64,000 bases of DNA from assembly GCA_951406725.2 (NCBI GenBank), contig OX597829.1, forward strand, positions 28,086,001 to 28,150,000. The letters are read 5' to 3'. Positions 52,876-64,000 of this stretch are shown here, piece by piece. Position 1 is the stretch's first letter. The number at the start of each line of letters is the position of its first letter. This stretch comes from Octopus vulgaris (lineage: Eukaryota). Made by a program: the position numbers and the translations under genes. The notes under the pieces were generated by a model that saw only the letters and a program-made list of their open reading frames with translations, did not search any database and had not been told where the DNA came from.

Positions 52876-53758
52876 CCCCAGGGCTATAGTACTGTAGCAA
52901 AGGTAATTGTCCAAAGTGTTGCATGGAGGGACTGAACCCATAACTGTATGGTAAGTTTTTAAACCAAGAATTGAGACAAAGGTTTTAGTAAAAGTTTTAG
53001 TAAATTGGAAAGAAGATAAGACTTTGGTATCTTCAGGAAAATGACCTTAATCAATTTGCTGAAAAAGAGTAGGTATAAACTACATGAACTCTATCCAATA
53101 TAAAATTCTGGACACCCAAGAGATGTAGTGGAATCACAGGCAGACTAACTGAGAATATAAGCTTCATGTGCAGCAGATGCGCTGGAGCAGTACATTTTAT
53201 GAACACATCAGAAATAAACTCCCTCAAATGCTTGGCTCATTAGAAGTAGTTGATAGCTTTTGTCACCTAAGAGATGTCAGCAAGGGTGGAGAAGAGGAGA
53301 ACCACAATAATCTATCAAAGTTTTTAATGTTACACATGCATGGATGATACCATAACTTCAGCAATATTGTCTACTGACTCTACTAATTTTTTGATCTAAG
53401 ATGACAATTTGTTGGTGGCCAATATCTTTTGAGTGAATAGTGGTAGCCGCTTGGTAACCAACTATTTGAAAATTGTGGGATGCAATGTTATAGGAACTGT
53501 GGGAAGCTGCTTCACATGCCAGAGAAGTTTCATGGCTTTCTTGTCAGTGATAGAAAATGGGTTTTACAAAATGGTATAAGAAAGTTGGGGTACACAAAGT
53601 GTGAGAGGCTTATGTCTATAAGCCGTATGTCTCTGAACTGAAAAGTAGGGGAACATTATACCCTTGCATGCCTCCGCCCTCCTCCGAAAGATGGCTCTTT
53701 GTCCAGCCTCCCACCTCTGCTATCTCAGGCTATCTGTTCTCTCTGTCAGAGATAATCA

Positions 53759-53997
53759 TATTTCTTTATTGCCCACAAGGGGTTAAACATAGAGGAGACA
53801 AACAAGGACAGACAAAGGGATTAAGTCGATTACATCAACCCCAGTGTGTAACTGGTACTTAATTTATCGACCCTGAAAGGATGAAAGGCAAAGTCAACCT
53901 CAGCAGAATTTGAACTCAGAATGTAATGGTTGATGAAATACTGCAAAGCATTTCGCCCAGCGTGCTAACATTTCTGCCAGTTCACTGCCTTAGATTA
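53759..53997 (-). mobile_element. SINE family B with 12-bp TSD tcagagataatc
   Basis: Direct repeat on both flanks; uninterrupted homolog of the target at about 61463-61553. Confidence 0.85.
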
Positions 53998-54598
53998 TCA
54001 GAGATAATCTTGACAATGATAATTTTGGATCTAATACCCAGTTTATTGTAATATGAATAATCAAGTTTCTTGCTGTCCAGTTTTTCCCCAATGAGCAGCT
54101 GATGCAGCCACTGTTACCTTGATTTTGACGTTCTTTTAATAAGTCCATGCTTGAGAGTCTCATATGAGACAATGCCTGGTGGGACCTCTCTTGAGTAATC
54201 ACTATGTATCCTCCTCAGCAATCCTGCACTAACCACTCTGTCCAGACATTCTGTCTTTCTTTACTTTCTTCCTTCCTTTCCCAGAATGTTTACCATCTGG
54301 AACTTTCTTTCTGCCTATGTTTTTCTTGCAGTTGTTCAAGAAAAAACATTGACTACAGCATTCTCAACAGGATCAGAGAGCCAAGAAAGTGTATGGATAT
54401 AGCCATCTCTACTGCTTTGCTCCAGGCCAAGCAAAACATGTACATTCTGAGTTCAACCATTGTAGTCAGCTTTGGCTTTTATCTGTCCTGGATCAATTAA
54501 TACCAATCTATTTATCATTCTGAAGATAAATAAATTATTAATGAGTTCAAGTTTCAATTCAGTAGTCAGTTCAAAGTGCCACAACATCCTAGAGTGTT

Positions 54599-55320
54599 GG
54601 GATCTTTACCTTTTGACCGACAGATTTAAAAAATAATTGTTTGTAACTAAACACTTTCAAACTTCAGACACTGGTAGAATGTGTCATATAAAACATCTTT
54701 TACTCTTAGCATTTTTGAGAAAAACTTATATTTATGAAGTTATTTCATGTTAAAGTAGTCCTATTTCGGTAATTTCAACTAATCACTAACGTGTATTTAG
54801 CTGAATAAAATTACTGCCATTATTTGTCAACAACAACTATCAGCGGTGTATTTTTCGTTTGTCACTGTTATTTATGACATCATTCGTGCGTTTGTACTGG
54901 TTTTAAGGTTTTAGGGTTGGGGTTAGGGTTTTAGGGTTAGGGCTAGGGTTTTAGAGTTAGGGTTTTAGGGTTAGGATTTTAGGGTTAGGGTTAAGGTTTT
55001 AGGGTTAGGGTTTGGGTTAGGGTTTTAGAGTTAGGGTTAGGATTTTAGGGTTAGAGTTGTCATAAATAACTGACAAACAAAATATACACCGCCGGAAGTT
55101 CTTGTTGACAAACAACAACAGTAATTTTATTCAGCTGAATACACATCATTGATTGGTTGAAATTACCAAAATGCAAGAACTTTAACGTGAAATAACTTCA
55201 TAAATATAAATTTTTCTCAAAAATGCTAAGTGTAAAAGATTTTTTATATGACACATTCTACCAGTGTCCGAAGTTTGAAAGCGTTTAGTTACAAAAAATT
55301 ATTTTTTAAATCTGTCGGTC
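54599..55320. mobile_element. Foldback/MITE with ~265-bp TIRs and central (TTAGGG)n-like tract (54901-55058)
   Basis: 54615-54880 is the reverse complement of 55058-55320. Confidence 0.9.
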
Positions 55321-56565
55321 CGAGTATTGTGGTCAATAGTTAGTGGTGTATTGAGGCTTTTAAATGTAAACAAGACATCATCATTTAATTCTTATGTCCC
55401 ACACTGGCATGGAACATGGATTGAATAATTTAACAAGATCCAATGGGTCCAAGGACTGCATCATGCACCATTGTCTACTTTGACATGGTTTCTGTAACTG
55501 AATGCCCTTTATAATGCCAATAACTTTACAGTGTGTACTGGATTCTTTTCTCATGCCACCAGCAATAGTGAAGATACCATACAACTTACTAAACAATGAA
55601 ATGGATTGTGTGTGTGTGTGGTGGGGGTCGCTTTATGCTAGCAGGTGAGCATTAAGACAATCAATATAAAAGATCTATAATCCAGAAAATGGAAGTGTAA
55701 AGTGTGAACAAGAAATCACACTTAGGGTATAGAAGATTTTTCTCTAAAGCTTACATTTTCTCTCAAGAGAAGTAATTCTGAGTGAGTTAAAGCAACAGCA
55801 TGGATGTTTCATTGCTATCATGACAACCAACATTATTTTTTCTTTAAGTATAGGTCAACAGAGAAGAGTCACAACTAGATGAAATCACCAAGCAGTTTAA
55901 ATAAACAAGTCTCCAATATTTAAGTGGCTAAAAACTGTCAGCAAGAGGGCACCCAGAAGTCAGGAACTGGATGTTGCTTGGCCACCTTAGAATGTAAGGA
56001 GTTAAGGGCCGGGACACTTGTCTGAGTGAGATTTCTTTTCTGAAGACTTTCTATTGTTCAGTTCTCTTGTGAGTTTTTTTTACCACTGCTTGTCAATTTG
56101 AGTCAAGTAAAAAACTCTTGTTACCTTAAGCATAGAGAGATAGAGTGCCAAGGCCAAAGAGACATTGGAAATCACTGCAATGCCTATTATAAAATCAGCC
56201 AGCCTTCTGTCTATTTGATAGAAATCAAGCTTGTGTAGCTCATCCAAATAATCACTCAAATTCCATTGATTTCACCTGTGAAATAACCTTTTTTTCCATT
56301 ACATTGTTGGCAGCTGTTGTCATTCTCTAGTGTGTGGGATTTATTAAATAGGATCAATAGACCCAATTTGAACAACTCATCACTACTGGTTTGTGAATTG
56401 TCAAAATAAAATTAGGACACCACCACCACCACCACCATCATCAACCTATCTTCCACCTACCACTGTCACTACATACATACAAATATATATATAAAAAAAT
56501 ACAAAATGAGACAAGAATGTACACTTTTCTCTTATATGTAAGTACAAATATACATACATATCTAC

Positions 56566-56619
<54 letters not shown>

Positions 56620-56716
56620 CTGTTTGTCTGTTTGTCTGTCAGTCTATCTATTACTTTCTCTTTCTCTCTCTCTCTCTCCTGCTCCCTTGCTCCCTTCCCC
56701 TCTCTCTCCATTTATA

Positions 56717-56928
56717 TTCTTTTATTCTTTTACTTGTTTCAGTCATGTGACTGCGGCCATGCTGGAGCACCGCCTTTAGTCAAACAAATCAACCCCAGGA
56801 CCTATTCCTTGTAAGCCTAGTACTTATTCCATCCATCTCTTTTGCTGAACCACTAAGCTACAGGGACATAAATACACCAACATTGGTTGTCAAGTGAAGG
56901 TGGGGGGGACAAACACAGACACACAAAC

Positions 56929-56967
<39 letters not shown>

Positions 56968-57117
56968 AGTTTCCTTTTGCCAAATCCACTCACATGGCTT
57001 TGATCAGCCCAAGGCTATAGTAGAAGACACTTGCCCAAGATATCACGCAGTGGGACTGAGCCTGGGCCCATGTGGTTGGTAAGCAAGCTACTTACCACAC
57101 ATCCACTCTTGCGCCTA
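56717..57117 (-). mobile_element. SINE family A
   Basis: Homology to other A copies. Confidence 0.88.
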
Positions 57118-57149
57118 TTATATATATACACTAAATATGAATAGAATCA

Positions 57150-57655
57150 CTTACATTGCTAGAAATAAGAGCTAAAATGTTCTAATACTGTAGTCAAAGC
57201 ACATAATTGTATACATATGCACTGATGGGGACTATAATTGCCCGAATTCCTTATACTGATTGGTCAGTTTTGGCAATTTCCATTGCCACATCAGTTGGGA
57301 CTAGCTTGACTTTGGCAGATTCCAGACTTAATTCTCCTTCATTATATATGTTTTGATAAAACATTGTAGACTGTATACACATTAGCGTATACACATTAGC
57401 GATTCACTAAATCACCCATAGATTTTTATGGTGAAAACATGTATACTGTTGGAGAATTAAGTTCAGAATCTGCTGAAGTTGAGCCAATCCCTGCTGATGA
57501 GGTAACAGAAATTGCTGAAATTGACTGGTCAGTATAAGGAATTCACAAATGGTGCTTTTTTGGGGGATTATAGCACCTGTCAGTGTAGATGTATACAATT
57601 ATGTGCTTTGACTTCAGCATTAGAACATTTTATCTTTTATTTCTAGCAATGTAGG
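57150..57655. mobile_element. Inverted-repeat element with a hammerhead motif in each arm
   Basis: Arms at about 57150-57355 and 57434-57655; + strand core at 57494-57534. Confidence 0.8.
57486..57543 (+). ncRNA. Type-I hammerhead ribozyme motif with intact core
   Basis: CTGATGA-ggtaa..ttgct-GAAA-ttgac(tg)gtcag-TA-taaggaatt; GUA triplet at 57532-57534. Confidence 0.7.
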
Positions 57656-57737
57656 AGTTTCTAACACCCTAGTGACAATTATTGTTTTCCTTTTAGGTAA
57701 AGCACTGCAGACTGTTGTCTATATTAATTTTATATAT

Positions 57738-57949
57738 ATATAATATGTGACAATTATTCGGTAGCCATGACAAAACTCTGAGTTTCGGATGTCGGGGTGG
57801 AAACCCACACTAGCATCTCTTCAGTTATCAGGCCATCAAAAAAGTGTTATGATGGCCCAATAACTGAAGAGATGCTGGTGTGGGTTTCTGCCCTGACATC
57901 GAAATTCAGAGTTTTATGATGGCTACCGAATAATTGTCACATATTATAT
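57738..57949. mobile_element. Palindrome with a hammerhead motif in each arm (57768-57830 minus; 57860-57917 plus)
   Basis: ataa-CTGAAGA-gatg...catc-GAAA-(c/t)tcagag-TT-tt(a/g)t in both arms; flanked by (TA)n. Confidence 0.85.
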
Positions 57950-58022
57950 TTACAGATAAATTCCTCTATTTACATAATATCGAGGTCTCTTTCATTCTTT
58001 TGTTGTCTTGCTATTTCTATCA

Positions 58023-58054
<32 letters not shown>

Positions 58055-58614
58055 AGTGAAATGGCACAGCCCTTTCCATGTGGAAAAGTGGTATGACTCA
58101 GCTACTATAAAGTCAAACAGTCAGTCATTGTAGAAAATCAGTCAGTAATAGTAGGGTCATTGTACAAGTTTCTCAGTTGGAGCCAGTGTTACTTACGTGA
58201 TATGTACAAGCTTGAGTTAATGTCGAAGTAGACGTTTCAAGTCATTGTCTTGAGGAGGTATCAGCGATAGCACAATAGACAAGTCAATGATAATTAGATG
58301 CAGAATACTGTCACAACATAATAGTGGTGACAAGAATATTACAGTACCAACAATAACATACAAGTGGGTGAGGATCCACATTATAACATATATATATATA
58401 AAGCTAATAATGAAGGATTATCAATCTGGACAAATACTTCATAAGCTCTCTGTTGGCCCACCAGGCTAACAATATTATTTAGATTAGTGAAGAACTCTGG
58501 GTGTCATTAAGCCAGGATCCTAGGTTGTGGTTGATCACAATTTTGCATATAATGATATACAAAAACAAGATTAAAATAATGGTCATTACATATCATTCCT
58601 TTACTGGAGCAAAT

Positions 58615-58741
58615 ATGACTTACAACTGTTTCCAGTAGTTATTATAGGTACATTACTGATAGATTTTCTCAATTGGTCTATTGATCAATTGAGAAAAACT
58701 GAATGACTCAAGAAAATTAATGCTACTTTCATCAGAGCCAT
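58615..58741 (-). ncRNA. Hammerhead motif with extended stem II
   Basis: Minus strand reads atggct-CTGATGA-aagtag...(ttttctcaattg/caattgagaaaa hairpin)...ctactg-GAAA-CAGTTG-TA-agtcat. Confidence 0.6.
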
Positions 58742-60939
58742 TTCTGGTTATAACAAGCAGAACACTGAAGGTATGTATATTACATGGGGAAGGGAGGAAA
58801 AGAAGATGGAAAGATGCAAGTAGAATAGAGAACAAAGGAAGACAGGTTACAAAGGGGTAGAGAGAAGTAAGGAGATGGTATAGGAGTCACTTAATAGAAG
58901 CAGGGGCATTGTATTGCCAAAATTTGGAAGAGGGTCAGTCATAAAACAAACCTCCGACCAGAAGAACATTACGTGGGAATTATTAACTATGAGGATGTAT
59001 TTGAAATTTGAAAGGACTGGAGAAAAGTCGTATTGCAAGATAGCTGGAATGCGGGAATGGAAGTGGTGTTGACAGAAAATCAGGTGACGGAGCTTGAAAA
59101 AGAACTTAGAAAAGTGTATTTGGTAATAAGGGGAAGGTTGAAACAGGAAAAGAGGGACGAACTTGAGAAAATATATGGGATAATTCTAGGGGACTACGTG
59201 GTTTTTTTCATTGAAATAGGGATGAGGACAAGTAAGTGATGTTGACTGATGGGGCAGTTAACATCACTTTCATCTCTCATTTTCACCCTTTTTTCATATC
59301 TATCATACGCTTATGTTTTTATTTTTAATTTTAATTTTAATTTTTGATGTTTTGTGTCCCCAATGTATTGTAATGTCCCCTCTGTGTAAAACCTTTATGG
59401 TGAATAAAAAAACAAGTGTTTGTAGCCAGCTCAACACCCATTATCATATTAACATTGTATATTGATTAGGTATTCTCCAACCATTGTGTTGAAATTTGAT
59501 ATGGGATTTTATACACATGGTCAATCTAAGACATGGTCAATATTTATACTCATGATCAATATCTAGTGATTGTTGCAATCAAGCATTGTAGGGGAATTAT
59601 ATTAGAAGATAGGAATATTAGTAGTAGTCATATTGTAGCATTGAGGTTGAGAATGCTCTTCCTACCTAGCAAATAAATACTGATAGATTGTGAGATGTTA
59701 GGTCAAAATAATAAAATAACAATAAAATATAGTTAAAGTTGTTTAAAGTCAAATGTAAATTCAGATTAACCTGATTAGATGGGTTTTAAAGTTTAAACCA
59801 ATAAAAAGATTATAGATTAAAATTTGAACTAAAGTTAAAATTTTTAAAGTTAGCATTAAAGCAAACCAAGACATAAAAGAATTAAAATAAATTTGAGGAA
59901 TAATGGGTGATTCTAAAAGAATTATGATGAAGTTACAACACCAACATCAACAAAACCAATAAAAATAATAATAATAAAATAACAATAAAATAATGTTACA
60001 AAATTATTTTTAAAAAATTATAATCATAGGATGATAATAGAACAACAATAAGAGGGTTAGAATTACAATAATAATGAAATGAAAATAAAAATTAAAAGTT
60101 AAAAATTAAAGGCCTTAAAAAAATGAAAATCTTAAAAGAATAAAATAAAATAAAGTTTAAAAAATGTTAAATATGGAAATATATATATATACATACACAT
60201 ACATAAAATACAAAAGAATATTTTTAAAAATAATATAAAAATAATATGTAAACTTTTAAACATTTTAAGACTTTAAAATATAGTGAAATGAAACTAAATA
60301 AAATAAATAGAAAACCCATATATAGAAAAATTTTAGGTAATTAACATTCATCCCTTAGGCATTATACCCATCCCAACCTATACCTCTCGCTATATCATTA
60401 AAGTTAACTAGGGAACCTGCTGAACGATTTATTTTTAAAATGCTGACATAATATCACTATTTCCTGCCTACGGTTAATAAGATTACCCACTGATGTTAGG
60501 ATTTGGAATGACTACCTATTTCATATGGTTTAACTCTACTGAGGATTGACCATTTCAGCTCATATCCTGCTTTTTCCTTCCTAAGTTGCAATATTAGCTT
60601 GCTAAGTGATATCACATTTTCATAACTTTTGTGCCTAAATGACAAGATGTGGTTGTAATATCAGAGCTTAAATGTCATGGCACAGCATCCTATGTACTTG
60701 TAAGCTATGTTCTGTGTTATTACTGCACATTCATATACTATGTTCTTTTCTAAGCATGATTTATTTAAAATACGTTCCCTATCCCCTCTACAGTTACAAC
60801 TGGCCCTGTCCTTCCTATTGTTGCTACCTGTGCAGTTATTATTACTATTGTCATTATTATCTTTATCATTACTGTTATTTTTATTATTCCTTCGTAACGC
60901 ATTGTAGGTAAAAATGCACCAGAGCCTTTAATCATCTGT

Positions 60940-61560
60940 CAAGTCACAACAAGGACCTCAGACAGATAATATTTTCCTTAAGATGTGTGCTCTGCCCAGT
61001 AAAGCTGTATGGGATTTCCAGTTAAGAGATCTTGATGTTTCAATGAGATTGAGCAAAGTGCTCCAATCACCACTGGTACTCCTTTTACATTACTCTCTCA
61101 CATTCCATAGAGTCTTGCCATTTCCACATTCAATTTGGAGTACTAGGTGATTTTTTCAACCTCTTTACTCACAACAGTCATGTCATTTGCTATGGCTACA
61201 TCAATGATCTGACAATATTTCTCTCTCTCTTATTCAATATAATAATATCTGGCTGACGGTGTTCGATTACATGATCCTTCTGAGGATCAGCTTTAAGTGT
61301 GTATATTTAGATGTGTCATCTTCAGATCACCGGGGTCCACAAAAGAATGTACTTAAGTTGTTGGTGGGCTGATATGTCATTTCGTTTAGCATACAGCATC
61401 CATGCATAGCGCCCATGAGAACCAGAAGATGGCCCTGTGTACACCTCACTACCTTCGCTCTCTCAGGTCATCTGTTCTCTCAGTCAGAGATAATCTTGAC
61501 AATAATAATTTTGGATCTGATACCCAGTTTGTAGTAATACGAAAAGTTAAGTTGAATCAG
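60940..61560 (-). mobile_element. R4/Dong-like non-LTR retrotransposon 3' remnant (restriction-like endonuclease)
   Basis: DHVIEHRQPDIIILNK...CQIIDVAI..D..V..KE.EK...Y..L...VPVVIGAL, a PD-(D/E)xK REL pattern; (TTA)-rich tract beyond the 3' end. Confidence 0.82.
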
Positions 61561-61857
61561 TTGGTCTCAGAAATTGGTATTACAGTTGATCCTGTCAGTT
61601 TTTGAACTCAGAATCTTAGAAGGACAAACACTAAACAACACTAAAGTATTTAGCCTGGTATTTTACCCTTTTTGTAACCTTCAACACCTAAATAAACACT
61701 CAAGAAAGAGAGAAACGTGTTAAGCTGTTTGCTGAAAGATTTAGTCTTCTTGCTATTTGTAGTAAAAACATCAGAAAAAAAGGCAAGTTGAACAAGGAAA
61801 CCAACACATTTCCTGTTAAGTCGGTATTTAATTGGAGGAGTTTGTGATTTTCCTTAG

Positions 61858-61921
61858 AATAATCACTGTAACCTACATCACATTAGTATGCAGGTCAGAA
61901 TATTGCTTCTGTTTCTGGCAG
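61858..61921 (+). CDS. Candidate exon encoding NNHCNLHHIS-MQVRILLLFLA (signal-peptide-like start at ATG 61888)
   Basis: ttttccttag| acceptor, perfect CAG|GTAAGT donor, open frame and hydrophobic run; partner exons not identified. Confidence 0.4.
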
Positions 61922-63110
61922 GTAAGTTTGCAGTGATATTTTTCTCTTTTATATTTTAAAAACATATTCTTGATAAAATACCTGTTCACTTGATTTACTT
62001 CTCCGTCCTCTGATACATTTTGGAAGTTGAGAAAAAGATATCCTGAAACATGTTCATTGTTATATATTGCTATGGTGATATATTGTTTGTAAAACTGTAA
62101 CTTATATCAAACTGGTATGATAATAATAAGATGGTGATTTTTTTTTCCTTATTTTTCCTTTTTTATTTTTTGTTATTTTTCAAATTCAAAATCATATTGA
62201 TTAAAATGTGTTGCATACAACAATGGTTATGAAACAACAGACTAAAAGCTTTCTAGATTAAAGTGATATAGCAGAATTGAATCTCTTTCTTCTTTCACTT
62301 TGTACTGCACCAGGCACTCTATACAATAAATTCATCATCATCATCATCATCATCATCATTATTATTGTCATTGCTTTATTTCTCAGTGTGCTCAGTCTTG
62401 TTTGCTCTGGTAGATTCTGTGAGAATGGACAGGGTGTCTTTCCACACATTATAAGCTTTGATTCTTGATTGTTAATTATGGTGGGAGACATTCAACATCC
62501 AAGTACCAATCTCAAAATCCTAGCTGTCTCATTTAACCCTTTTGTACTAACCTGCCTGTGACTACCTTCTGGTTTTATGATACAAACGTCCTGTTTTAAA
62601 GTCATCTAAATTAAAACTGTCCATCAAAATTCCATGTTAATTTAAGTTCTAAATGTCAACTCAATAATGACAGATTTCTTTTACTAAATTCTTCATTATT
62701 TTCAAAATAAATTGAAACAAAGGCAGTGTATTCCCACAGAAACATGGTAACAGAGAGTTAATGTTCTACTAGTACTATTGTAAACTATGTACCAAGGGTG
62801 CTATAGCACAGGTAGTCTGGAGACTTATGGATCCTTTTTGAGTAGGAGAAATGTATACAGAAATGCATCACTCAAGCCAACGAGCACCCAAAGATGGCTT
62901 TGTGTCCCTCTCAGGTTACCATTGTTATAGTGTTGGATAGAATATCTAGCAGTGTTTGTCCTGGCACTTTGCACTGGCTTTAAATCTTGCTGAGGCCCAC
63001 TTTACCGATTCACTTTTTTTGTGGGGGCGAAGTGTCAATACATATAGACCAGCACTGGTGCTGATTTTCATTTTCTGTCTGCTTTGTCTGCTTAGCCATC
63101 TATGTGTCTA

Positions 63111-63146
<36 letters not shown>

Positions 63147-63738
63147 CATACATCTCTCTCATTCTCTCTATCTCTTCTTCTACCTCACTCTTCTCCCACC
63201 TCTCTCTTCCTCTAACTCTCTGTCCTTCTAATCCCTCCCCATCCCCCCTCTCTCTGGAAGAAATCAGTCATGGTCAGACTAGAGAAGAATGAGTTCTACC
63301 TGCTTTATGTTCAACCAGACCAGATTCAGTCTCTCATACCTACCTCACAATGTTAGTCTAAAATATAAAGAATCTCATCATTGAAATCTTGAAGCTGCAA
63401 GATAATTTATTATTAATTCAAATTAATGTGGATAAATAAGTATTATATTTGATACTTAAATCTGAATACTAAAGGCTTAAGAGCTTGGAATTTTGATGAT
63501 ATTACAAAAGAAGGCTCTGTCTCATTTTATACTTTGTTTTTTGGCATGTGGATACTGGTACATGTATGAAGTCTTTCTGAGGTACATGTGCTTTTAAGTT
63601 GTCATTATTGTATATTGCCATTTCATTCATTGCATATAATAAGAGTCAACAAAAAAGTTCCTACATGGGTGTTCACACTTCTAGAAATAACAGTCAGGTC
63701 TCAACCAAATCTTAACCCTTTAGCATGTAAATTGACCA

Positions 63739-64000
63739 TAGGCACAGGTATGGCTGACTGGTAAGAAGCTTGCTTCCCGACCACATGGTTCTTCTTTCAG
63801 TCCCATTGTGTGGCACCTTGGGCAAGTGTCTTCTCCTATAGCCTCAGGCTAACCAAAGCCTTCTGTGTGAATTTGGTAAACAGCAAGCTGGCAGAAACGT
63901 TAACACGCCAGGCGAAATGCTTAGCGGTATTTTGTCTACTGCTACGTTCTAAGTTTAAATTCTGCCTAGGTCGACTTAGCCTTTCATCCTTTCGGGGTCA
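63739..64000 (+). mobile_element. SINE A head followed by SINE B (truncated by window end)
   Basis: Homology to both families; junction at about 63883. Confidence 0.8.

Noticed and set aside
54901-55058. True telomere or chromosome fusion site
   Set aside because: Short, single orientation, degenerate and enclosed by TIRs.
59689-59940. Solo LTR (TG...CA)
   Set aside because: No TSD or second copy; AT-rich chance termini are likely.

Overview
AT-rich, repeat-dense eukaryotic genomic DNA. The SINE families, microsatellite load and transposon spectrum suggest a coleoid cephalopod such as Octopus; this is inference, not a database result. Almost all ORFs in the supplied track are microsatellite or SINE artefacts. 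Manual splice reading recovers a + strand multi-exon gene for a DUF3105/TP53I13-like protein, with five well-supported phase-compatible exons at 9426-9481, 13505-13583, 17690-17818, 20884-20961 and 23667-23792, plus probable upstream exons. The rest is decayed mobile DNA: several tRNA-derived SINE families; RTE, CR1/L2-like and R4/Dong-like LINE fragments; Penelope-like GIY-YIG elements; mariner/Tc1 copies; piggyBac-type MITEs; an internally deleted Gypsy; and a long-TIR element with a TTAGGG core. The most notable observations are: (1) an antisense copy of the 3' splice site of the most conserved exon, inserted into a downstream SINE, with a second inverted repeat flanking the same exon (candidate dsRNA for ADAR editing or splicing control); (2) about ten minimal type-I hammerhead ribozyme motifs, two pairs of them in palindromes; (3) a LINE 3' end sharing its tail with the dominant SINE; (4) an unexplained CpG-rich structured island at about 48.3-48.5 kb. 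All coordinates and homology calls were read by eye; repeat boundaries are approximate.
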